DNA of 64,000 nt from a virus: the IMG/VR virus record IMGVR_UViG_3300002144_000477, positions 106,894 to 170,893 of that record; one strand, 5' to 3'. The notes under the pieces are model-generated. The model was not told the DNA's origin, did not search any database, and saw only the letters and a list, made by a program, of their open reading frames with translations. This document shows positions 1 to 9,221 of the stretch, in pieces. How positions within the stretch are numbered: position 1 is the first letter of the stretch; each line of letters starts with the position of its first letter. Both the position numbers and the translations under genes were made by a program.

Positions 1-2
1 TG

Positions 3-194
3 AACTTACTTGAAAGTTTTGGTACAACTGAACCAGAAGCAGTATGGGATATTCTCGGCAAGCATTTAAATATTGTTCGAATTGAAACACAGCAAACATC
101 ATGTGACTTTAAGTACTCGTGGGCAGATGCAGACTACAAACAACAACAAATCGACATGCTGAAACCCGGATATGATTACAGTAGCAGGCGGTGA
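3..194 (+). CDS. 3' end of hypothetical protein (truncated by window edge)
   Basis: Open frame from nt 3 (NLLESFGTTEPEAVW...GYDYSSRR) to TGA 192-194; overlaps next start. Confidence 0.7.
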   Translation, partial: NLLESFGTTEPEAVWDILGKHLNIVRIETQQTSCDFKYSWADADYKQQQIDMLKPGYDYSSRR

Positions 195-960
195 TAGTTT
201 TGTCTACGGTAGCGAATTAGCAGACTGTAACAACACACCAAGCAACAACACATTTACAGCATTGCTAGCGCAAGAGCATACCTATCACTGTGCCGCGTAT
301 CCAGGAAACAGTAACGAAGCCATTGCTAGGCAAACCGTTAATGCTTGTCACCGATACAATCCAGATCGTGTTATAGTCAGTTGGACATTTCCTGGCAGGT
401 ATGAATTTAGATTTGGTTACAATACTGGACAACGTTTAAGTCCATGGTATAGTATTAACAGTTGGACCGTTGAACAAAATGTTTCTGCAATTGAACAAGA
501 GTTCATTACCAAAGACGAGCATATTCTCAAAGCACAAATCGACACAATAGAACGTGCAAAGAAAACAGGTGTTGCAGATTTTGCAAGAACTTTTTACCAA
601 CACGTGGGGTCCACTGAATACTGGGAAGTGTATAGTAGCCTTAAAGAAATTGTATACCTCCAAAACTATTTAAAATCGAGAAACATTGCTTATTTGTTCA
701 CGCTAGCAGATTATTCTATATTTGACAATTACACAATACAACATTGCGATGCTACTATTGCAAGTTTAGTCGACTCAATTGATATGTCACGATTTTACTT
801 TTTCCCGCCCGGAACACAAAACGGTGAAACAACCACACACAGAGGTTTCTACCAGTGGGCATTGGAAAATAAATACAAAGTGGGCACAACGCATCCACTA
901 GAGGAAGCGCACTACGCCGCTTACTTATTATTACAGGACTACTTCAATGCAATGGATTAA
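172..960 (+). CDS. SGNH/GDSL-like hydrolase or acyltransferase
   Basis: N-terminal GDSF motif, GNSN block, C-terminal HP..EAH; paralogous to 1045-1746 and 26492-27208. Confidence 0.65.
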   Translation: MITVAGGDSFVYGSELADCNNTPSNNTFTALLAQEHTYHCAAYPGNSNEAIARQTVNACHRYNPDRVIVSWTFPGRYEFRFGYNTGQRLSPWYSINSWTVEQNVSAIEQEFITKDEHILKAQIDTIERAKKTGVADFARTFYQHVGSTEYWEVYSSLKEIVYLQNYLKSRNIAYLFTLADYSIFDNYTIQHCDATIASLVDSIDMSRFYFFPPGTQNGETTTHRGFYQWALENKYKVGTTHPLEEAHYAAYLLLQDYFNAMD

Positions 961-1048
961 AAACATAATCAATCGAATCAAACTCGAAATTCAATATCGT
1001 AAGAAACTAAAAGAGTTAAGAAAACGTGATCCTTTTATTTACAAATGA
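947..1048 (+). CDS. 33-aa basic small protein (MQWIKNIINRIKLEIQYRKKLKELRKRDPFIYK)
   Basis: Fills gap between the two SGNH genes; ATGA overlap with next gene; not in ORF track. Confidence 0.65.
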   Translation: MQWIKNIINRIKLEIQYRKKLKELRKRDPFIYK

Positions 1049-1746
1049 CACGTAGACGAATTCTTACAGTAGGTGATAGTTTTACATTCGGGGAAGAACT
1101 CCCTGACAGAGAACAGCATGCATTCCCTTATCTATTACGAGATTACCTCGGAGTCAACGAAGTAATAAATTTAGGGTTAAGCGGTGCAAGTTCTGACTAT
1201 GTGTTCCGCACCACAATCGAAACATTAATCTCGGATCCTGATCCATTTGATTTAGTGCTAGTCTGCTGGCCAGAACAGAGTCGGTTTGAAGCAATACACA
1301 ACCATCCATCGTTTGTTCCAACTGAAAGTGCGCCTCATATTAAACCAATGGCGTGTTTGATACGCAAGCCAGGTAAAGCAACCCCCGGTTACGAACCAAA
1401 ATGGGTGCAAGAGTATTACAAATACAGTTACGATACAGCATGGGGCTACCGTAAACAATTTAATCAAATGATTGCATTGCAAGCATTTTTAAAACAGCGT
1501 AAACAACCGTATGCTATGTATAATGTAGCAGGACTACAGGGCGAGTACGGTAGATACAAAGTTTTTTTACAACATCAGTTTGCCGGGATAGATAGCAACA
1601 ACTTTATAGGATGGCCACTGGATGGATTATTAGAATGGCAAGGGGACTGCGTTAAAGCGCCAGGCGGACACCCTTTAGAATTAGGGCATCAACGAATAGC
1701 AAAGGTTATCTATGAACATATTAGGAATAGCGGCTGGTTTTCATGA
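1045..1746 (+). CDS. SGNH/GDSL-like hydrolase or acyltransferase
   Basis: GDSFTFG, NLGLSGAS, C-terminal GHPLELGH. Confidence 0.7.
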   Translation: MTRRRILTVGDSFTFGEELPDREQHAFPYLLRDYLGVNEVINLGLSGASSDYVFRTTIETLISDPDPFDLVLVCWPEQSRFEAIHNHPSFVPTESAPHIKPMACLIRKPGKATPGYEPKWVQEYYKYSYDTAWGYRKQFNQMIALQAFLKQRKQPYAMYNVAGLQGEYGRYKVFLQHQFAGIDSNNFIGWPLDGLLEWQGDCVKAPGGHPLELGHQRIAKVIYEHIRNSGWFS

Positions 1747-3211
1747 CGCCGCAGTCACGTTAATTAACGATCAGGGCGATATCCTGTTTGCAAGCTCAAG
1801 CGAAAGATACAGCGGAATAAAAAACGATCCTAAGTTAGCAAGAGATATGCTAGCTGAAATTGATCTCTCGGAAGTACACAACGTTGCGTATTACGAAAAC
1901 CCGCTGCAAAAGCAATTACGACAATTGTACGCAGGTCAATGTGTAGAGTTAAACAAACTAACTACTCGGCAGGTCCTTCGCTCAGTTGGATATCCTGCTA
2001 AAACCGGTTTGTTTGGCACTAGGTGTAACGTAAAGTCGTATCCTCATCATATGAGCCATGCTGCTGCCGGGTTTCAAACTAGCCCGTACGATGACGCTAC
2101 GGTGTTAGTAGTGGATGCAATCGGTGAATGGAATACCGCAACTATATGGGATGCCCGGTACGATAGCGAGGGCAAAGCAGTATACAAAAAGTTATGGAGC
2201 CAATCGTATCCGCATAGTATCGGATTATTCTACAGTGCATTTACTAAGCACATCAATCTTAAACCTCTAGACGAAGAATACATTTTCATGGGCATGGCAG
2301 CGTGGGGAGAAAATCGCTGGTTTGATCGTATCTATACTGACTTCATTGAGAATTCGAGCGAATTAACATTTAAGAAAAATTTACATATTGGTATAGATCC
2401 AAATTACTTACCCGACGCTCTTAATGTTGATATTGCCGCTAGTGTGCAAAGCATCACGGAACATCTATTAGATCGATTAGTAAATAAAGCAAAGCACATG
2501 AATACAAGTAAGAATCTTGTATTCATGGGGGGAGTCGCATTAAATTGTGTTGCCAATGCAAACATCGGAGCGCATTACGAGAATATTTGGATTATGCCAA
2601 ATCCGGGCGATGCCGGTAGTAGCTTAGGTGCCGCCGCACTGATGTACGGAAAAAAACTGAACTGGGATGGGCCATTTCTTGGTTATAATATTCCGGGCGA
2701 GTACCCAGTTAACCAAATGGTTGATCAGCTATTAGCAAATCAAATCGTTGGAGTTGCTACTGGTCGCGCAGAGTTTGGGCCTAGAGCGTTAGGACACCGC
2801 AGTCTGCTTGCTGATCCACGCGGCTCAGAAATTAAAGATAGAGTAAACGAAATTAAACGTCGACAAAAGTTTAGACCATTTGCTCCAATGATTTTAGAAG
2901 AAATGGCAGACCAATATTTTAACATGCCGAAAAATTGGAAAGCCAGCCCATATATGCAAACTGTTGCAGTAGTTAAAGACCCATCACAGTTTCCAGCTAT
3001 ATGCCATATCGACAATACTGCACGAGTACAAACAGTAGGCCGTGAACCTCAGTTTGCTGGAGTAAGAGAACTACTCGAAAAATGGTTCGTGTTAACTGGA
3101 TGCCCGATGCTGCTAAATACTTCGCTTAATATCAGGGGAGAGCCCATGGTTAATACTCGCTCGGATGCTGATAGATTCGAGGATCAATACGGTATAACAG
3201 TAATATCATGA
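1712..3211 (+). CDS. carbamoyltransferase, NodU/CmcH/TobZ family
   Basis: HDAA, HHMSHAA, GGVALN, EFGPRALGHRS, FRPFAP, LLNTSLN motifs. Confidence 0.92.
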   Translation: MNILGIAAGFHDAAVTLINDQGDILFASSSERYSGIKNDPKLARDMLAEIDLSEVHNVAYYENPLQKQLRQLYAGQCVELNKLTTRQVLRSVGYPAKTGLFGTRCNVKSYPHHMSHAAAGFQTSPYDDATVLVVDAIGEWNTATIWDARYDSEGKAVYKKLWSQSYPHSIGLFYSAFTKHINLKPLDEEYIFMGMAAWGENRWFDRIYTDFIENSSELTFKKNLHIGIDPNYLPDALNVDIAASVQSITEHLLDRLVNKAKHMNTSKNLVFMGGVALNCVANANIGAHYENIWIMPNPGDAGSSLGAAALMYGKKLNWDGPFLGYNIPGEYPVNQMVDQLLANQIVGVATGRAEFGPRALGHRSLLADPRGSEIKDRVNEIKRRQKFRPFAPMILEEMADQYFNMPKNWKASPYMQTVAVVKDPSQFPAICHIDNTARVQTVGREPQFAGVRELLEKWFVLTGCPMLLNTSLNIRGEPMVNTRSDADRFEDQYGITVIS

Positions 3212-3636
3212 AAATTTTAATATTTGGATTGCCAGGAAGCGGCAAGAGTACACTAGCAGAACCGTTTGCTAAATTAGTAGGCGGCATATGGCTTAATGCA
3301 GATGCAGTGCGTAAAGAATATGACGACTGGGACTTTACCCCCGAAGGTCGCATGAGGCAAGCACAGCGTATGAAATTTTTAGCAGATGGTGTAGTTAAAG
3401 CAGGCAAAGTTGCAATCGCAGACTTTGTTTGTCCCACTGTACAAGCTCGGGAGGAGTTTGGCGCAGACTTTGTTGTCTGGATGGATACTATCAAAGAGGG
3501 TAGATTCGAAGACACTAACAAGATGTTTCAAACACCTGCACATTATGACTATCACGTAAGTGCATGGTTTGATGATACGCATGAACAACTGGCAAAAGTA
3601 GTTTCGAAATATATGAAAGCTCAAAATGGAAAATGA
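3208..3636 (+). CDS. cysC: adenylylsulfate (APS) kinase-like P-loop kinase
   Basis: GLPGSGKST Walker A, NADAVR, DFTPEGR, FVCP resemble CysC. Confidence 0.75.
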   Translation: MKILIFGLPGSGKSTLAEPFAKLVGGIWLNADAVRKEYDDWDFTPEGRMRQAQRMKFLADGVVKAGKVAIADFVCPTVQAREEFGADFVVWMDTIKEGRFEDTNKMFQTPAHYDYHVSAWFDDTHEQLAKVVSKYMKAQNGK

Positions 3637-3850
3637 AAAAGTATCACCAAAACGCCACTTAGCCAAAGCGGTTACCTGGAGAATTGCTGCCAGCACAATA
3701 ACAGCACTAATCGCTTTTGGTTTCGGTTTGCCAGCATCTGCAATAGGCGGCGTGTTCTTTGTTGACTTGGTACTGAAGTTTGTGTTATACTATTACCATG
3801 AACGCTTATGGTATAAGCACATAACTTACGGAGTTAAAAAAGATGTTTGA
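3626..3850 (+). CDS. DUF2061-like small membrane protein
   Basis: KAVTWR ... YYYHERLW signature with two hydrophobic helices. Confidence 0.75.
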   Translation: MENEKVSPKRHLAKAVTWRIAASTITALIAFGFGLPASAIGGVFFVDLVLKFVLYYYHERLWYKHITYGVKKDV

Positions 3851-4253
3851 TAATCAACACCCCACAACACAGATGCTGGGAAGGTGGCAACCCTGGCATC
3901 CTGGACATACCGCATTGTTTAAAAAAGCACTGATGGAAACTGGACAAGTTTGTATTCAGATTAGAGATGTTGGAGGCATTGTTGGCGCAGATGCAGGCGC
4001 AGGAAGAACTGCTACACAAGCTGACAATCCTTTTAACTTTACCGAAGTTAAGAACAATATCATACAGGCATTGTTTGAAGAAGGTTTTACCTACAATGAG
4101 GAATACATTATTATGCAAGTTCCTAATATTGTAGACATCAGCTATGGTCGTGGTGTAGGATATACATTTACACAGCACGACCTAGGTGAAGAAATACATG
4201 CTATCAGTGCAACTGAAATCAGAGCTAAGTTGCGAGCAGATGGAAAACTATGA
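3843..4253 (+). CDS. HxGH nucleotidyltransferase (cytidylyltransferase-like)
   Basis: GRWQPWHPGH and ISATEIR motifs. Confidence 0.75.
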   Translation: MFDNQHPTTQMLGRWQPWHPGHTALFKKALMETGQVCIQIRDVGGIVGADAGAGRTATQADNPFNFTEVKNNIIQALFEEGFTYNEEYIIMQVPNIVDISYGRGVGYTFTQHDLGEEIHAISATEIRAKLRADGKL

Positions 4254-4369
4254 TTTTAGATTTAGCAGTAGGTATCGCACATTCACTATTTTGGTTCGCA
4301 GTAGTAATGCTAGAGCTGTTTGTTATTATACAAACATTGAAGTGGTTAACAGGCGATAAGTTAAACTAG
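4250..4369 (+). CDS. 39-aa single-pass membrane protein
   Basis: ATGA overlap with upstream gene; MILDLAVGIAHSLFWFAVVMLELFVIIQTLKWLTGDKLN. Confidence 0.5.
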   Translation: MILDLAVGIAHSLFWFAVVMLELFVIIQTLKWLTGDKLN

Positions 4370-5455
4370 TAAATTATCTGTAAGCTCTTGCCATGCGCTG
4401 TCTAGGAACGAAGATTGCTCAAACCATTTACGGTTATGAGTCAGCACTGGTTCCATTTGTTTAAGTAGTACTTCTAACTCGCTATTGCTACGAACACATA
4501 ATTTAGCAATAGCATCATTTAATACTAGTATACGCTGTATTGGATCTTCAATGTCATCGTAGCTTTCGTCAATCCAGTCACTGAATGTTAAAAATCCATA
4601 CGACCGTAGATACTTTAGGCTGTGTGCAGGACCTAATAACACAAATGGCATTTCACTAATTATAGGCTTAAACACTTTTTCAGTTAAGTGCTCTTTGCTA
4701 CTCCAGAATTCAGTTTCAGTGACAACAAACAGAAACGATTCCATGCATTGATCCACTGCACTTAATACCATACTGCCGTTTGGTATATGGTCCGACGAAC
4801 TAGTATCAACTCGCAGTTCGGGTAACCCAGCAAGCTCATCGATTGCCCATTGTAGGTCTAGACCCTTTGTGCGTTCTGCCCATTGTAGTTGTTCAATATT
4901 GTTACCGTGCTCTGGACAGTCAACACTATAGCTAACGTGTCCTTGTTCTAATAGATTTCGACGCTTTAAGTCAGCTACTGCAATACTACGATAGCACCTT
5001 GCATTTCCAGTAATTCGGTTAAAGCTAATAAACTTTTTGTTGACTTTACGGTCGGATGGCTGTATAATATGAGGACTGTACCGGTAGCCACGGAACCAGT
5101 CGTGTGCGGCAAATATATGGTAGAAATAGTAACAATCGTCGAACTGGAATTTGTCTAAAAAATATTTTTTAGACTCACTCTGGCGTTCGGTGTTAAGTAG
5201 TATTATGCGCCTGTTGTCTGTACCAAAAGTGTTTTTAACATGGTTAAACAGTGCATCGTTGTACCCAGGTATAAGCGGTTCTTGATCATAACAAAACAAT
5301 ACTGGTCCTTCATCGTCGCCACCGGAGTTTAACATTTCTAGACTGTCGATACTGCTTGCACCAAAAGGAAAAGGATAAATGACCATAACCCCATTGGGCC
5401 ACTTGTTGCAGGCCATGCGGAAAATGTTTTCATAATGCGAATGGATATTATACAT
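4361..5455 (-). CDS. putative GT-B glycosyltransferase (GT10/exostosin-like C-terminus)
   Basis: VVTET...LTEKVFKPI...GFLTFSDWIDESYD block shared with 20603-21619. Confidence 0.55.
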   Translation of the reverse strand: MYNIHSHYENIFRMACNKWPNGVMVIYPFPFGASSIDSLEMLNSGGDDEGPVLFCYDQEPLIPGYNDALFNHVKNTFGTDNRRIILLNTERQSESKKYFLDKFQFDDCYYFYHIFAAHDWFRGYRYSPHIIQPSDRKVNKKFISFNRITGNARCYRSIAVADLKRRNLLEQGHVSYSVDCPEHGNNIEQLQWAERTKGLDLQWAIDELAGLPELRVDTSSSDHIPNGSMVLSAVDQCMESFLFVVTETEFWSSKEHLTEKVFKPIISEMPFVLLGPAHSLKYLRSYGFLTFSDWIDESYDDIEDPIQRILVLNDAIAKLCVRSNSELEVLLKQMEPVLTHNRKWFEQSSFLDSAWQELTDNLLV

Positions 5456-8072
5456 GTTTGATGTTTTCTACTTTGGGCCTAAGCCAAATTTATTTGCGTT
5501 TGAACGCCCTGCAAGTTCTCTTCAGGAAGCATTGCACAAGTCAAGGACTCGTTACTGTTGGTATTTATACGGCGGCAACGACTATACTGACTTTAATTTT
5601 AATATTGTGCCCGAACCATGGATGTCGCAGTTTGTACATACATGGCCTAGTCAGTGGCAAGCCGACGGTGGGGTGTACTTAGCAAGCAAGCATATTGTAG
5701 GTACACAGTATCATTTTCGTGCTGACCAAACAGTAGTTCGGATGAGTGATCCGACTAAGTGGGAAAACACTAGCAATGTCACTGACTTTGATTATAGTTG
5801 GCATCCAAGCGTACACGAACCAGATTACGAATATCATTTCCCTACACAGCACCAAAGCGCAGGCGGCCCAATCTATCCGGGTACAGCAGGCATTAAGTTG
5901 TGCAGTGACCAACGAGCAACAGTAGGTAGCACCACCAAAAATTGGCACATACCAACTGGCATGACAGTTGATACTAGTTGGCACCCTAATCCGTTGGATC
6001 CAAGTTACACTTATCACTTTCCCACTAAGTGGCAGAGTGCCGGCGGAGTAATGTACATTTCGACGCACTCTAGTACAACTGCTATTAAGTTTGCAGATTT
6101 TGTAACTAGCGAAGAGCCTAGCAACGAGAATTGGACGGTACCAGACGACATTGACGAGTCCACCATTGACTTTACCTGGCGCCCAAATGTATTAGACCCT
6201 TCTTACATTTACCATTTCCCCATTGGTGATATACAAAGTTCTGGATTAGTCTATACAGCACCTGGCGCAACAGAAGTTAAACTGATGGATTACTTCCCTG
6301 GGCATGATATAGGCACGTTTAAAGAAGTTGATGTGTTTTACGTAGACAAAAGCAACACTTTATCACAAGCAAGGTACAAAAAACTACTAAAAACTTACCC
6401 TAAAATGCAACGAATTCGGTATGCTAACAGTATGCTGGAAACTATACGTCGATGCGTTAATAGGTCTAGTACTACGCGATTCTGGGTTATCAGCAGTGAA
6501 AATGTCTACGATGACTTTCAGTTTGATTGGCGCCCCGAGAGCTGGCAAAGTTATATGACTCATGTGTTTGGGTCGCAATGGAATAAGTGGTCCGATACTT
6601 TCTTAATTAATAAATGGGAATTTGAACGTTCAAGTAAGTGGGCAACCGGTTTAGAACATTTTCCTAATCTAAACTTTGTAACGGATCAGCAGGTGCTAGT
6701 GCCCGACGACCTACATGCAATAGTTTATGTAGATTGGGGGTATGATGACAACAATCAGTTTGCTAGCTTACAAACTGCTCACCCTAATATACAAAAGACA
6801 AGATTTGTTGACAACTATCTAGATACATTCAAGCGGATTATTAATAACCATCAAGGTCACGACTACATCTGGGTTATTAGCAGCCTCTGTGACTACAGTA
6901 AATTTGACTTTAGTTGGCAACCCGAGCCGTGGCAGGCCGAGATGATACATGTGTTTCCTAGTAGCACACAGCGCCGAGGTGACACCTTTTACATCCACGT
7001 GCCAAGTTTTGCAAAACAAATGCACGATCTAGAAATACTAGATTGGTTTAATGTTATTAACTATTGTAACGAACAACAGGTGTCCCGTTGGCCTGTTAAC
7101 ATTGTAACATACAATGGAGACAGTGCAGTTGATGTTGTTAACACTTTAGAGTTTAGTACCGGGCCATACGAATTAGTAATGCACCATACTACTCCGGAGC
7201 GGAATGCTATCAACTGGGCAACAACTCCTTGCTTATGGAGATCGAAAGATCGCATGGCAATAAGTTTGTCTACCAACAATGCAACAGTGCTAGTTCCACG
7301 AGATATAAAGTTACAGCAACCTATTAAACAGATTTATGATTACCCATTTGTTAGTAAAACGGAATCGAGAACAGTAGTAGCACCCCCATTGGATATTGTA
7401 TATATTAGTAACGGCGAACCCGATGCTGAACGCTGGTATGAACATCTAAAGTATCAAGTGCCTAACTACAGTAACAAATTACATCGTGTAAAAAACATCA
7501 ATGGCAGAATGGAAGCATACAAAGCGGCTGCAGAAGCAAGTACAACTGAATGGTTCTTTGCTGTATTTGCAAAACTTCAAGTAAGCGACACATTCGACTT
7601 TACATGGCAGCCTGACTACTTCCAGGAAGCAAAGCATTACATATTTCATGCACGTAACCCAGTTAACGGATTAGAGTATGGGCATCAAGCAATGATTGCA
7701 TATAACAAAAGATTAGTACTTGAAACAATGAACAGCGGGCTGGACTTTACACTAACTAAAGCGCACGAAGTAGTTCCTATACTAAGTGGTACAGCACACT
7801 TTAATCAAGACGAATGGACTACTTGGCGTACTGCATTCCGTGAAGTGCTTAAGCTAAAACAGTTCCACGACACTAAGCCCAGCATAGAGAACGAAAGTCG
7901 TCTTAATGTATGGCTTACAAAAGGAGCAGATGTAGAAAATGGAAAGTGGAGCATCCTTGGTGCAAAGGATGCTCTTGACTATTATGCTAGCGTTAACGGA
8001 AATCCAGAAATGCTACAGTTGAGCTTTGAATGGGAATGGTTAAGAAATAAGTTCAATGAACTGGCTAGCTAA
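5454..8072 (+). CDS. 872-aa repeat-containing protein, glycosyltransferase (GT-A)-like
   Basis: About 7 internal FD(F/Y)xWxP...H.F repeats; C-terminal DIVYISNGEPDA...AWRTAFRE-type domain. Confidence 0.5.
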   Translation: MFDVFYFGPKPNLFAFERPASSLQEALHKSRTRYCWYLYGGNDYTDFNFNIVPEPWMSQFVHTWPSQWQADGGVYLASKHIVGTQYHFRADQTVVRMSDPTKWENTSNVTDFDYSWHPSVHEPDYEYHFPTQHQSAGGPIYPGTAGIKLCSDQRATVGSTTKNWHIPTGMTVDTSWHPNPLDPSYTYHFPTKWQSAGGVMYISTHSSTTAIKFADFVTSEEPSNENWTVPDDIDESTIDFTWRPNVLDPSYIYHFPIGDIQSSGLVYTAPGATEVKLMDYFPGHDIGTFKEVDVFYVDKSNTLSQARYKKLLKTYPKMQRIRYANSMLETIRRCVNRSSTTRFWVISSENVYDDFQFDWRPESWQSYMTHVFGSQWNKWSDTFLINKWEFERSSKWATGLEHFPNLNFVTDQQVLVPDDLHAIVYVDWGYDDNNQFASLQTAHPNIQKTRFVDNYLDTFKRIINNHQGHDYIWVISSLCDYSKFDFSWQPEPWQAEMIHVFPSSTQRRGDTFYIHVPSFAKQMHDLEILDWFNVINYCNEQQVSRWPVNIVTYNGDSAVDVVNTLEFSTGPYELVMHHTTPERNAINWATTPCLWRSKDRMAISLSTNNATVLVPRDIKLQQPIKQIYDYPFVSKTESRTVVAPPLDIVYISNGEPDAERWYEHLKYQVPNYSNKLHRVKNINGRMEAYKAAAEASTTEWFFAVFAKLQVSDTFDFTWQPDYFQEAKHYIFHARNPVNGLEYGHQAMIAYNKRLVLETMNSGLDFTLTKAHEVVPILSGTAHFNQDEWTTWRTAFREVLKLKQFHDTKPSIENESRLNVWLTKGADVENGKWSILGAKDALDYYASVNGNPEMLQLSFEWEWLRNKFNELAS

Positions 8073-8078
8073 GTGTTA

Positions 8079-9221
8079 TCATTTAAAAAACTCTATTACA
8101 CTATTTACAATATACTCAACTTCGGGATCTGTTAGCTCGGGATATATAGGCAAACTCAATGTTTGTTGGCATAAGTTGCGCCCTGCTTCGCTAGCAAATC
8201 CATCGTAGTCTGCGTACTCCGGATTAAAGATGTTAGATGCCGCTGACGAATACAATGGGTAATCGGCCAGCGGAGTAGTGTAATGAACTTTAGTCTCGAT
8301 GCCCTGCTCTTTCAAGTGGTCAGCTAAACTATCTCTGTGAAACAAAAATATCGGAAACTTGTGCCATGCACATGTAACATTATCTTCAATTTCAAGTACA
8401 CGCACGTACGGTCTTAGTCTTTCTTGAAAGTATTTAGCAATTTCAGTTCTACGGGCTTGCCACGCATCGAAGTGATGTAGTTTAACTAACAACGATGCCG
8501 CATCAAGTTCGCTTAGTTTACTATTAGTTCCGCTTAGAACATGCCTTGATGTTTTACCGTTATCGCGTAACGACATAGCATTTAAGAACACTTCTTCGTT
8601 GTCGGTTAATAGCATTCCGCCTGACCCGTAGTTGTTTAAGTTCTTCATTGGATCAAAACTTAAACAACTAACATCGCCGAAGCTACCGCTTGGCATATCG
8701 TTGTAGGATGCACCTAAACTTTGTGCGGCATCTTCGATAATCGGCAAAGAATCAATGTTACCAAAAAATTTAGTTAGCAGGTTTATCTTATCGTAGTCTA
8801 CCATGTTACCGTACAGGTTAACGGGCATTAGTGCATTAGTTTGGTATACGCCCAATTGGTCGGGCAAACTAGCTAAATCCATTAGCCCATGCAAGTCGGT
8901 GTCTACAATATACGGTTTATGCCCTGTTTCGTATACGCAGTTAAGTGTAGCAACGAAGCTAACCGCAGGCACCATTATCCTGCTTTTATAAGGTAGTTTA
9001 AGGGCTCTTATTGCAAAAATAAGAGCCTGTGTGCCACTGTTTACAGCTACGGCATACTTACGCTTACAACGGAATGCTAATGCTTCTTCAAGCATTAAAG
9101 TGTAGGCACCATCTAAGTGCCTACCCGAACTCCAAACTTGATCTGCTGTTTCTAGCAGTTCACTTCGTAAGTTTTTGTATTGCCTTTTGGTTCCAGTAAA
9201 CGCTATTAGAGAGCCATTCAT
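8079..9221 (-). CDS. DegT/DnrJ/EryC1/StrS PLP-dependent sugar aminotransferase
   Basis: NSGTQAL, EDAAQSLG, SFDPMKNL (PLP Lys), LSLPIYP; start placed at MNGSLI. Confidence 0.9.
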   Translation of the reverse strand: MNGSLIAFTGTKRQYKNLRSELLETADQVWSSGRHLDGAYTLMLEEALAFRCKRKYAVAVNSGTQALIFAIRALKLPYKSRIMVPAVSFVATLNCVYETGHKPYIVDTDLHGLMDLASLPDQLGVYQTNALMPVNLYGNMVDYDKINLLTKFFGNIDSLPIIEDAAQSLGASYNDMPSGSFGDVSCLSFDPMKNLNNYGSGGMLLTDNEEVFLNAMSLRDNGKTSRHVLSGTNSKLSELDAASLLVKLHHFDAWQARRTEIAKYFQERLRPYVRVLEIEDNVTCAWHKFPIFLFHRDSLADHLKEQGIETKVHYTTPLADYPLYSSAASNIFNPEYADYDGFASEAGRNLCQQTLSLPIYPELTDPEVEYIVNSVIEFFK

